DNA from: Candidatus Aenigmatarchaeota archaeon
GTDB taxonomy: Archaea > Aenigmatarchaeota > Aenigmatarchaeia > PWEA01 > JACQIF01
Length of the DNA: 64,000 bases
Direction: 5' to 3'
Assembly (NCBI GenBank): GCA_016432325.1
Contig: CP066684.1
Location: 736,001-800,000, forward strand
A program made the translations under genes and the position numbers. The notes under the pieces were generated by a model. It saw nothing but the letters and a program-made list of their open reading frames with translations. It was not told the origin of the DNA and did no database searches. This document shows positions 46,475 through 54,943 of the stretch, in pieces; position 1 is the stretch's first letter, and each line of letters begins with the position of its first letter.

Positions 46475-46680
46475 GCAAGCAGCCCTTCTTTCATTGCTCG
46501 CAGGAACTCGAGCTCTATTTCAACTATTTTCTTTCCTATCTCATTCTCTTTCTTGACGTTCTCTATCAGTTCTTCTTTGCTGAACTCTCCGTACGAACCG
46601 ATGGAGATCTTCTTGTTTGCTGGGAGCGAATCTAACCTGTAGATAACAAGTTGCTTAACATCCTGCGGAATACCACTCAT
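46471..46680 (-). CDS. Small hypothetical protein coupled to the protease gene
   Basis: ATGA overlap. Confidence 0.7.
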   Translation of the reverse strand: MSGIPQDVKQLVIYRLDSLPANKKISIGSYGEFSKEELIENVKKENEIGKKIVEIELEFLRAMKEGLLA

Positions 46681-46910
46681 ATTATTTTCAACTCCTCAAG
46701 TATTTTGAGTATCTTCTTCCCCTTTGGTGTGTTGTTAGATATCTCGATGTAGGCGACCTGCCAGCTGACTGGTTCTCCATCGAGCATGGCCACTGCTTCG
46801 CTTCTGAAGTTCAATGGTATATTCGCATAAGCCTTTAAGAACCTTTCTCGGGCGCCCATAGTATTGATTGTGGCAACCTGCTTTAAATCCTTCACCGTCA
46901 GGGAGACCAT
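46677..46910 (-). CDS. Small hypothetical protein
   Basis: GGAAGGT RBS; overlaps the next gene. Confidence 0.7.
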   Translation of the reverse strand: MVSLTVKDLKQVATINTMGARERFLKAYANIPLNFRSEAVAMLDGEPVSWQVAYIEISNNTPKGKKILKILEELKII

Positions 46911-46961
46911 ATACTACCTTCCTTCACTCCGCTTATAAACTCCACAACACCCCGCCGGTGG

Positions 46962-48149
46962 TTAATGTCTGGCTTGCAGTTCCTCGAACTTCTTCTGCAC
47001 GAGTTCTTCCACAGCCTCCTTTGTCAATGACGAGAGCAGGAGCTTCTCTCCTTCCATCGTCTGCATCTTCGCCCTCTCTGAGACGGCGCGTCTGCAACGA
47101 ACGCACCAATCGCGGTCCACGCTGTTGGCCGTTCCGCAAGTATTGCACTCTTTAGGTCGGAGTTTATCGTTCGCGTTTTCCTCTTTCGGAACCTTGCCGT
47201 ACATCCGCAGAACTTCTTCGTCCACCGCAGCGCCTGACATATGTATGTAAACCGCTGGCATACGGCTTCCCTGCGTCCAACCGAAGTAGTTTTTCATGAC
47301 AGCCTCACGTAAATGTGGAGCGACACGCGTGGCCGCGCTCTTGCGCATTAAGTGGCAGTGCAGTCTCTTCGTGAGAGCGCCGCTCTCTTCGAGGCGCTTC
47401 AAGAAAGCCGTCAGCATAGCGAAGCCGAACGCCTTCTGGCGGTCGGAAACCCACAAAGCGTCCTCCTGTCTCTTTGTCGGATGTTGTTCGAGATATTCGG
47501 AGAGTGCCGGTACGGCAGCCACCAAACGCACGGGTCGTTGGCCTGTCTTGCCTTCCTCTGGAACATAAACTATCGCCCCCATCTGATCGAATACGACGTG
47601 CTTTACTCGCAGGTTTAGGAGTTCGCCTGCACGCAAGCCGCCTTCCCACATGACCCATAGTATGGCTCTTTCGCGGGTGTTTTTGGTATTCTTAAGAAGT
47701 TCGCGAAGGTCTTCTTCGCTGACCAGTTCGTTCGGAGTCAGGTGCCTTACGTCATGGCCGCCCGTGCTTATCCACGCCACTTCAGGCGGATAGAGCTTGC
47801 CTTCGCCTTTCATCCACTTGTAAAAACGCTTTAGGACGACTCTGTGGTCTCTTCTGGTATTCTTTGCCCAATTTGGTCTCTCTTGAATAGTCTCCACGAC
47901 CTTCTTTATGTCTTCTTTTGTCGCCTTGTCAAAGTCCTTCTTGAGATATCCAGCAAGCGTCCGAAGATGGTAGATGTAGAAGACCTGCCGCGCCCGGCCT
48001 ATGCCGTCTATCTTTGTATCCCTCAGGAAGTCGTAGATAACTTTCTTATTGCTCCTCGAGACCTTCCTGTCCTTCTCCAGATGCTTTATGGCGTTCTGAT
48101 AGCGGTTCTCAAAGTTGTGGATGTCGCCCCGTGGCTCTATTGCTCCCAT
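46962..48149 (-). CDS. Tyrosine recombinase/integrase with a C-terminal Zn ribbon
   Basis: GLRAGE, KTG, HLMRK, FGW, VYIH; CNTC...CVRC. Confidence 0.93.
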   Translation of the reverse strand: MGAIEPRGDIHNFENRYQNAIKHLEKDRKVSRSNKKVIYDFLRDTKIDGIGRARQVFYIYHLRTLAGYLKKDFDKATKEDIKKVVETIQERPNWAKNTRRDHRVVLKRFYKWMKGEGKLYPPEVAWISTGGHDVRHLTPNELVSEEDLRELLKNTKNTRERAILWVMWEGGLRAGELLNLRVKHVVFDQMGAIVYVPEEGKTGQRPVRLVAAVPALSEYLEQHPTKRQEDALWVSDRQKAFGFAMLTAFLKRLEESGALTKRLHCHLMRKSAATRVAPHLREAVMKNYFGWTQGSRMPAVYIHMSGAAVDEEVLRMYGKVPKEENANDKLRPKECNTCGTANSVDRDWCVRCRRAVSERAKMQTMEGEKLLLSSLTKEAVEELVQKKFEELQARH

Positions 48150-48208
48150 ACTCTACTAACCTCCGCCGGACTATATAGTTGACACGTATGGGTTCCATAG
48201 AATGGGAA

Positions 48209-48450
48209 TGGAGCCCCGGGTGGGATTCGCTTTTGCGAGGTAGCGTAAACCACGGGTGCCGATTGGACCCACGTGGTGATCGACGCAAAGGCTTTTGCAC
48301 CCACGACCTGCGCATCTCTCCCGAGCATCTCGCTTCATGTTTTGCTAGAGCTTTGCTGCGAGCTCCAGCACGGCACGGGCGAGCAGGGAAGGCGGAAGCC
48401 TCCCGAAAGCTCTTACGAGTGCGCCGCTCTGCTAGCTGAGCCACCGAGGC
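48209..48450 (-). tRNA. tRNA-Thr(CGT) with 2 introns (~48316-48413 at 37/38, 48226-48293 at 59/60)
   Basis: Spliced 76 nt: GCCTCGG/CCGGGGC acceptor, GCTC/GAGC D-stem, GCGCA-CTCGTAA-TGCGC, TCCA end. Confidence 0.87.
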
Positions 48451-48559
48451 ATCGCTTCGGAACGTTTTTGCCCATGTACGAAAACGTCGGTTTTCGACAT
48501 GTCGGCAACCGATGTTGCCGTACACACTTTTTCTAAAAGTGTGGCTGACGCACCGAGGC
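48442..48559 (-). repeat. X-hairpins-antiX-X duplication of the tRNA-Thr 5' end
   Basis: GCCTCGGTG at 48551-48559 and 48442-48450; three hairpins; CCGAAGCG anti-copy. Confidence 0.75.
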
Positions 48560-48613
48560 GTACGCAGACGTAACGCCGGAAGGTATAAAAAGGCTAGAGT
48601 GCGTATAACTGCC

Positions 48614-48892
48614 ATGGGATTGTTCGACAGAACCCGCAGCGAAACCAATACGATTGCCGCACTCAAGGATATTGCGGAATCCATAGACGGCAACGGCAGC
48701 CACGACGTGCCCAAACCGGTTGTCATGAACTTGAAAATCATCAAGACGATGCTACTGGAAGTCGCCGACAGTATTCGCTTTGGTAGTATGGATCAAAAAG
48801 AGCGCGCCAAACTCCAGGATGTGGTCCGGTCCTTAGAAAGAGAGATTAAGGATATCCAACTGATCCAAGAGAAAATCAGGCGCGTCCTGTAG
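48614..48892 (+). CDS. Hypothetical coiled-coil protein
   Basis: ATG ~25 nt after a TATA box. Confidence 0.55.
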   Translation: MGLFDRTRSETNTIAALKDIAESIDGNGSHDVPKPVVMNLKIIKTMLLEVADSIRFGSMDQKERAKLQDVVRSLEREIKDIQLIQEKIRRVL

Positions 48893-48910
48893 GATGTTCT
48901 GGTGTTTTCC

Positions 48911-49225
48911 ATGGCAATGTCAAAGGAAGGCCGGCCGTTGGTGGAAACCGAAACGGTCCCCGCTAGAATGTGCGATCTTAAAGGCGGAATTATAGACCAG
49001 TCTACGGAGAAAAAAGTGATGGTGCTCGTCGGAAGGGTGGACTCAAACGACAAATGGCGCGGCACCATATGCGTGGAGGACAGCGAATACAGCGAGGAGC
49101 TGAGCAGAAAGGCGCCCAAAGATACAGATTTCCGTACGCTAAAGGCATATCTGCATAAAAGCGGTCACGTGATACTAATCAGGCGACGCGATTTGGACGA
49201 TTATGCCAGGAAACATCCAAAATAG
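48911..49225 (+). CDS. Hypothetical protein
   Basis: Operonic ORF. Confidence 0.5.
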   Translation: MAMSKEGRPLVETETVPARMCDLKGGIIDQSTEKKVMVLVGRVDSNDKWRGTICVEDSEYSEELSRKAPKDTDFRTLKAYLHKSGHVILIRRRDLDDYARKHPK

Positions 49226-49290
49226 ACAGATGAGAAAATCGTTCCGCGAGCGCACCAAACCTATTTATCCGTGCACCGCAAGCTCTGGTT

Positions 49291-49740
49291 ATGAAACCCA
49301 GACCGATAGCCGCAGTTTCCATCACAGAAGCCATGGCTGTGAAGAAAGAAGCCGTGGAGAACTCGCTCAAGACGCTTCTGGAGGCCATAAAACAGGAGAA
49401 AGGAATCGTCGTCAAAAGCGCCACCTTCGCCGAGGCCCTGCGCGTGGAGAAGCCCAGAAAGAACATTCCGGAAGCGTACACGCAGGTTATGGAGCTTGAA
49501 ATCGAGTTTGAGAACCTCAAGAGGATGCTCAACTACACCATGAAATACGGCCCGTCCGCCCTCGAAATAATGGAGCCGAAGGAGATTAACGTGAACCTCA
49601 ACGAGGCGCAGGAGATGGCCAACGAGATAATGGCGTTCATCCACCGCTATGCGGCGGCGGGAATAGGCGGCGTGGTTATCGTGCCAACGAAGAAGATAGA
49701 GCAGCCGAAACAGGACGCGCAGAAAACGACTACAGGCTGA
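49291..49740 (+). CDS. Hypothetical protein (ferredoxin-like fold suspected)
   Basis: ELEIEFENL...KYGPSALEIMEP. Confidence 0.7.
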   Translation: MKPRPIAAVSITEAMAVKKEAVENSLKTLLEAIKQEKGIVVKSATFAEALRVEKPRKNIPEAYTQVMELEIEFENLKRMLNYTMKYGPSALEIMEPKEINVNLNEAQEMANEIMAFIHRYAAAGIGGVVIVPTKKIEQPKQDAQKTTTG

Positions 49741-49851
49741 CTGTTTCATCGTGTCGCCGCAAGGGCGACTGGTGAAACAACAGTTTCACGCGATCGTTTC
49801 ACTCCGTGGGCGCGCGACAAGCATATATTCATCGTTCCACAATCGTTTCAC
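49741..49851. promoter_or_regulatory. Cluster of GTTTCAC motifs around a promoter
   Basis: GTGAAAC-AACA-GTTTCAC at 49772-49789; ATCGTT(T/C)CAC at 49793, 49831 and 49842. Confidence 0.55.
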
Positions 49852-49865
49852 CGGCAGGTGTGTCC

Positions 49866-50855
49866 ATGAAAGCCGCATACGTTATACCCATAATGATACT
49901 GCTGGTCATAGTCCCCACGCTGGCTGAGGCCAGACTGGAGTACATGGAAAGCAACGCGGTCATAAACTCCACAAAAATCGACTTTTCTGTCAGGATAATA
50001 TTCCAGGACGTTCCGGCAGGCACGTTCGAGTACCCGCTTTTCTACAAGGTCGACGACTTCCGCAGCGGGGGCAACATAGGCGGCGTTGCGTGCGAGGCCC
50101 AGAGGAAGCCGTGGGGCACGAACATCGCCTGCGATTTCACTAACGCGGAGCGCACGGGCAGGACGCTTGAGCTCCGCTACGAGACGACGGACCTCGTCGA
50201 TATCGTGGACAACCAGCGCGTCTTTTCGGACAACATCCGTGCGCCAGACGATACGAAACGGCTTGTCGTGCGCACGTATCTTGCGCAGGGTTTCGTGCTG
50301 GTGGGTCCGGACAGCGGGCCTCTGCCTCCGTATACGCCTCTGGACGGAGTGAGCGGAACCGATGGCAGGGTGATATACGTCGTTTGGAACAGGAACGAGA
50401 CATCAAAGGGCGAGGGCGTTCCGGTAACGGTCGCTTATGAACGCGTTATACCGCAGGCGTCTTCTGACATACCGCTCCTTCTGGTCATCGGTTTCGCAGG
50501 CCTGATAGCCGTGCTCCTGCTTCTCATCCTCCTGAAGAGGAGGGGAACCGAACAGCCCGTTTCACTCACGCTTTTGAAGGAGGACGAGCGGAAAATCGTC
50601 GAATTCCTGAAGTCCCAAGGCGGGATAGCGAAGCAACGCGCCATCGTCGCGCACACAGGCTTCTCAAAGGCCAAGGTATCGAGGCTCGTGCGTGACCTCG
50701 AACTGCGCGGCCTGTTGGCTGTGAAAGGCATGGGCCGCGTCAACGAAGTGAAGCTTTTGGGTCCCAAAGACCAAAAAGAGGAGAAAACGGCTAAAACGCC
50801 TGTAAACGAGGTCAATAAGGCTCAGGAAGGGGAAATAAAGAAGGAAGATGTATAA
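49866..50855 (+). CDS. Membrane-anchored one-component regulator (extracellular domain, TM, cytoplasmic wHTH)
   Basis: Signal peptide; TM; DERKIV...QRAIVAHTGFSKAKVSRLVRDLE..GL. Confidence 0.8.
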   Translation: MKAAYVIPIMILLVIVPTLAEARLEYMESNAVINSTKIDFSVRIIFQDVPAGTFEYPLFYKVDDFRSGGNIGGVACEAQRKPWGTNIACDFTNAERTGRTLELRYETTDLVDIVDNQRVFSDNIRAPDDTKRLVVRTYLAQGFVLVGPDSGPLPPYTPLDGVSGTDGRVIYVVWNRNETSKGEGVPVTVAYERVIPQASSDIPLLLVIGFAGLIAVLLLLILLKRRGTEQPVSLTLLKEDERKIVEFLKSQGGIAKQRAIVAHTGFSKAKVSRLVRDLELRGLLAVKGMGRVNEVKLLGPKDQKEEKTAKTPVNEVNKAQEGEIKKEDV

Positions 50856-51010
50856 CAGTGTTATATCAGAAGCGCGTCAACGGCTTCCCTAACCGAAACC
50901 AGCCTTTTGCGTGTCTTTGGAACAATTAAACTATCAAAGAGGGGGTAAAAGACGGAAAAAGAACGGTTTATAGCGCTTCGTTAACCCCGAAGAAACCGTT
51001 TCACGTCAGG

Positions 51011-51227
51011 TTTATATACCACCCGAGGACTAATAGGCAAGCTTGGAAGCGGTCGGTAGGGTTACGTCTACCGAGTGTTTCCAAATAACAGACGCGCGTC
51101 AAGAAGGTCTGACGAGACCTTACGTAACGACGTCTGGGCGCCGTTTAAACCTGGATAACGGGCAAATGGTGCTAAGACAAACAGTCCTGTAAAATCTGCA
51201 GGACTGAACGAATAGAGGTGAAATACA
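51011..51227 (+). promoter_or_regulatory. S-layer promoter and ~190-nt structured 5' leader
   Basis: TTTATATA at 51011; four stems between 51043 and 51206; GAGGTG RBS. Confidence 0.65.
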
Positions 51228-53474
51228 ATGCAACTGAGAAAACTGGCAAGCACTGCCGTCGGAGCCCTATTGGCCGGCGCAACGCTCGCTGTTCCAGCGC
51301 TCGGTGCCTCTTTGGATGACCTCCCATCGCCGTTCGTTTCGGACGGTGAGGCGGACTTCACCATAGTGGTAGGCGCGGACGCGAATGCAGCCGACATAGT
51401 AGGAGCCGTAGACATCGCAGCCAGACTCGGCGGTGAGACCGTAACAACGGAATCCGCTGCGGCTGGAGAAGGCCAGGAAGACGTCGAGCTCGGAGAGGTT
51501 CTCTCCACTGAGTTCGGCACAACCCTGGACGACGACGATGTAGGCGTGCTACAAGACACATCGATAGGTTTCGACAGCGAAAACTGGGACGTCCACGACG
51601 AGATCCGTCTCGCTTCGACAGGCCCTGCTCTTGAAACGAGCTTGAGCTCGAACGAGGAGGACTACAAGGCAGCCCCGGTGATGGAGATAACGGCAAAAGG
51701 CGACATCGCCTACTACTACCTGTTCGACGAGGCCATAAACCTCTCGGCAAGAGTAGACAGCGACACTGAGCTCGAGATAGACTTCTTGGGCAAGCAGCTG
51801 ACCATATCGTCCATAACCGATGCCGACACAATGAAGGCCCAGGTAGGAGAAGAGATTGACTTGGACGCGGGAGAGTCCGCGACCGTTGAAGGCAAGGTTG
51901 TGACGCTGATACAGACCAGCTCCAGCGACGCCAAGATAGATGTCGACGGCACCACAGGCGTAATAGCCGAAGGCAGCACCAAGACAGTCAACGGCCTTGA
52001 GATAAAGGTGGACACCATCTTCGACGACGAAGGATCCGTGGACGACTCCGCAATCCTGATAGTCGGCGAGGACGCTGAAAAGACATACGACAACAACGAC
52101 GAGTACATAGACTTCTGCAGCACGACAGGAGGAGACGACGACTGCGACGAAGACAACCCTGACTGGGTGTGGGTTCTCAACGGCCTCACAACCCTACAGA
52201 AGGGTGACGTCACGGCAGGCGGCGGCCCGACGATAGGCATACAGAACGACTTCGTCCAGGATGCGAACACAAAGGAACCGCTTCTGGAAGGAGAGACTCT
52301 CTGGCTGCCTCACGACTTTGCCAAGATAGCCTTCGAGGACTTGGTGGCCGACGACTTCGTTAAGGTGACGATAGAGTTCAACGACGCAATCGACGTGTCT
52401 GACGCGGACTTCGGAGGCATCAACTTCGGAACAAGCGAAGACGGCTTCCTCATAACGGCCGACGTAGAGGAGTCGCTTGTGCTGGAAGACCTTGCATCCG
52501 GATGGAACGCAAGCTACATCACCGCTGACGTGTCGACAGAGAAGATAGCCCTCATACTGAACGAATCGGCGATGGCTATACAGGTCTTCTACTGGGACAC
52601 GAACAACGACGAAGTGCTGGCCGGAAACCTTTCGATACTGCAGGGAGCAGACGCCCTTGCAGCCGGTCTCGACAGGTTCGGCTTCGTGGACTTCAAGGAC
52701 ACGACTGGTTCGACAAGAATGCCGCTGGCATTGAACATCTCGAACGAATCGGCGGACAACCAGTTCTTCCTGGGGTTCATGAACAACGACACCGAAGTGG
52801 CGGACGAAGCGACAGACGACCTGTTCATACAAATGGGAACAGCTGCCCTGATTGACAGGGGAACAGGAACAGCCGCATTCGATTCGTTGGGCCCAGTGGT
52901 GGACGATTCGGAGACAGGAGAACTGCTGTACGGCAGGAGCTCCAACTCCACGGCACCGAACACCCTGAAGGTAGGCACGCGCGACGAAGACCAGCTGACG
53001 GCATACGGCGTCAAGGTAGGAGACCCCGACTCCAACGGAGCATCTGACAAGGTGATCCTGTGGGTTCCGGGCGACCGCCAGGAAGGCCGCATAACCATCG
53101 GCTCTAGCGCAACGGTAACCGCGGCAGGCGAGCGCAGCGGACAGATAACAACGTCTGTCTCGAAGCTCGACACCGAAACCACGGCAGAGTCTGAGGGCAA
53201 CCTCATACTCGTGGGCGGACCATGCGCCAACTCGCTGGTTGCGCAGCTTGCTGACGCAGACAAGTACGGCTGGACGTGCGACGAATCGGTAGCCTTGGGC
53301 GGAAGCGGATACACCATCGAGATAGTCGAGGATGCATTCGCTGACGGCCAGGTAGCCCTGATCGTTGCAGGCCAGAACGCAGACGACACCCGCGATGCGG
53401 CATCCCGCGTACAGACCTTCGACACAGACGGTCTGACAGGAATGTCCGTCAGGACAGGCGTCTACGCAGCCTAG
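51228..53474 (+). CDS. S-layer protein
   Basis: KLASTAVGALLAGAT, IVVGADA..DIVGA, NLILVGGPCANSL; very acidic. Confidence 0.88.
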   Translation: MQLRKLASTAVGALLAGATLAVPALGASLDDLPSPFVSDGEADFTIVVGADANAADIVGAVDIAARLGGETVTTESAAAGEGQEDVELGEVLSTEFGTTLDDDDVGVLQDTSIGFDSENWDVHDEIRLASTGPALETSLSSNEEDYKAAPVMEITAKGDIAYYYLFDEAINLSARVDSDTELEIDFLGKQLTISSITDADTMKAQVGEEIDLDAGESATVEGKVVTLIQTSSSDAKIDVDGTTGVIAEGSTKTVNGLEIKVDTIFDDEGSVDDSAILIVGEDAEKTYDNNDEYIDFCSTTGGDDDCDEDNPDWVWVLNGLTTLQKGDVTAGGGPTIGIQNDFVQDANTKEPLLEGETLWLPHDFAKIAFEDLVADDFVKVTIEFNDAIDVSDADFGGINFGTSEDGFLITADVEESLVLEDLASGWNASYITADVSTEKIALILNESAMAIQVFYWDTNNDEVLAGNLSILQGADALAAGLDRFGFVDFKDTTGSTRMPLALNISNESADNQFFLGFMNNDTEVADEATDDLFIQMGTAALIDRGTGTAAFDSLGPVVDDSETGELLYGRSSNSTAPNTLKVGTRDEDQLTAYGVKVGDPDSNGASDKVILWVPGDRQEGRITIGSSATVTAAGERSGQITTSVSKLDTETTAESEGNLILVGGPCANSLVAQLADADKYGWTCDESVALGGSGYTIEIVEDAFADGQVALIVAGQNADDTRDAASRVQTFDTDGLTGMSVRTGVYAA

Positions 53475-53489
53475 AAAAACAACGTCGTT

Positions 53490-53527
53490 GGAGTCCGGGA
53501 TTTAACCCGGCTCCCTTTCTCTTTTTT
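53490..53527 (+). terminator. Hairpin plus U-tract terminator
   Basis: GGAG(T)CCGGG-ATTTAA-CCCGGCTCC followed by a T-rich run. Confidence 0.7.
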
Positions 53528-53534
53528 AACAAAA

Positions 53535-54914
53535 TCAGCGTGAGCCCTGTATCTCATAGACGACAACGGCTTCCGGCTTGCCCCACTGGCTGAACGAACG
53601 GAGTTTCGCGTAGTGTTCGCGCGCGTACGCGGCCGCGTATTCAGGCACGACTGGTTCGAAGTCGTATATCAGCGCGTACCTCGCGGTTATCTCAGAAAGG
53701 TGGGCGGGATCCTTCGGGAAGACGAGGACCTCCTTGCCCGCGAGCACTTCTATCCACGGGTTGACGGCATAGACCGATTTGTTTATGGCGCGCTCGCCCC
53801 CGGGAGGATATGCGGAAGAGTAGTACTCGGATAGTATTGCCCCCTCCGGAAGCGTCTTCAGATACTCCGCGGCCTCCCTGAGCGCCTTTCCGCCGTCAAA
53901 GTCCCCTGCCACCCTGTCATTCGCGGCAGAGAGGGACAGGGCGCACATGGCGACAACGCCGAGTGCGATGAACTGCCTGTTGTTGGGAGCGAGCCTCCAC
54001 CAGCTGGCCGCGACCAGCGCGAAGGCCGGGAAGAACGCGACAAGGAACCGCACCTCCTTGTGCGTCTGCAGGCTGAGCGTCAGCACTGCAACCGCGCATA
54101 TGGTGAGGAACAGGCTGGGCCTCCTGCGCGTCACTTCGAGAGTGGCGCCTGCCAGCACGGCCAGCGCAAGAGGCCCGAATGTCTCTGCGGCTCTCGCCGC
54201 GTAAAAGTACCACGGATCGGGCTGCAGGCCCGTGACTATCGTAAGGCTCGTCATGAGCCCTCCGAAAGGATTGCCGTAGTATGCGGTTCCGAGCAGGAAG
54301 AGGGGGATGAGGCCGACCAGAGAGCCGGACACGAACGCAGCCGCGGAACGCGGCCCGGACTTCTTCAGCAACCACAGTGCGTATATCGGAAACAGTATGC
54401 CTCCAGGATAGCGGGCCATGAAGGCGAGGCCCGTCGCCACGCCGGCCAGGAACGGGTGCGCGATTTTCTTGTGCCCGTAAAGGAAGAGCAGGGAAAGCGC
54501 GAAGAAGAAGGTGAAGAGGGGCTCTGTCAGCGTCTTGCTCTGGAAGAAGAGGAACTGGCTGAAGGATGCGAACACGGCCGCCGCCATAAGGCCTTCTGTC
54601 CGGCCGTAGACGCGCCTCCCCGCGAGGTAGACCAGCGGTATGGTTGCGAGCCCGAACAGCAGGACGACCACGCGCGACGGGAAGACTGTATCAATGCCCA
54701 GAGCAGCCAGCACGAGAGGCAGAAGAGGCTGGCGGAACGACTCCACGGACGTGCCAGAGTACAGGGAATAGTGGCCTTCCATCAGGCCGTGAGAGAGGCC
54801 CAGATAAACGGCTTCGTCCCACCACATGCCCTCGTTGACAAAAAGGAAGGACGTCGAGTACGCGGCAGAAAGAACAACCACGAGAAGGAAGGCGTGGTCC
54901 CAGCCCAGTTTCAT
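53535..54914 (-). CDS. GT-C (PMT/ArnT-like) glycosyltransferase
   Basis: WWDEAVY, many TM helices, ARYP, KEVRF. Confidence 0.85.
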   Translation of the reverse strand: MKLGWDHAFLLVVVLSAAYSTSFLFVNEGMWWDEAVYLGLSHGLMEGHYSLYSGTSVESFRQPLLPLVLAALGIDTVFPSRVVVLLFGLATIPLVYLAGRRVYGRTEGLMAAAVFASFSQFLFFQSKTLTEPLFTFFFALSLLFLYGHKKIAHPFLAGVATGLAFMARYPGGILFPIYALWLLKKSGPRSAAAFVSGSLVGLIPLFLLGTAYYGNPFGGLMTSLTIVTGLQPDPWYFYAARAAETFGPLALAVLAGATLEVTRRRPSLFLTICAVAVLTLSLQTHKEVRFLVAFFPAFALVAASWWRLAPNNRQFIALGVVAMCALSLSAANDRVAGDFDGGKALREAAEYLKTLPEGAILSEYYSSAYPPGGERAINKSVYAVNPWIEVLAGKEVLVFPKDPAHLSEITARYALIYDFEPVVPEYAAAYAREHYAKLRSFSQWGKPEAVVVYEIQGSR

Positions 54915-54943
54915 TATTTATATCTCCCCTCCAGATTACACCC

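Larger units (their letters stand above)
40729..48222. mobile_element. ~7.5-kb integrative element inserted at the tRNA-Thr 3' end
   Basis: Direct repeat ATGGAGCCCCGGGTG at 40729-40743 and 48208-48222; tyrosine integrase next to the tRNA; AT-rich cargo. Confidence 0.9.

Noticed and set aside
48294-48440. Atypical tRNA-Thr loops (T-loop TGCAAAT, D-loop lacking GG) as evidence of a pseudogene
   Set aside because: All stems pair, and the two changes affect interacting loops, consistent with covariation
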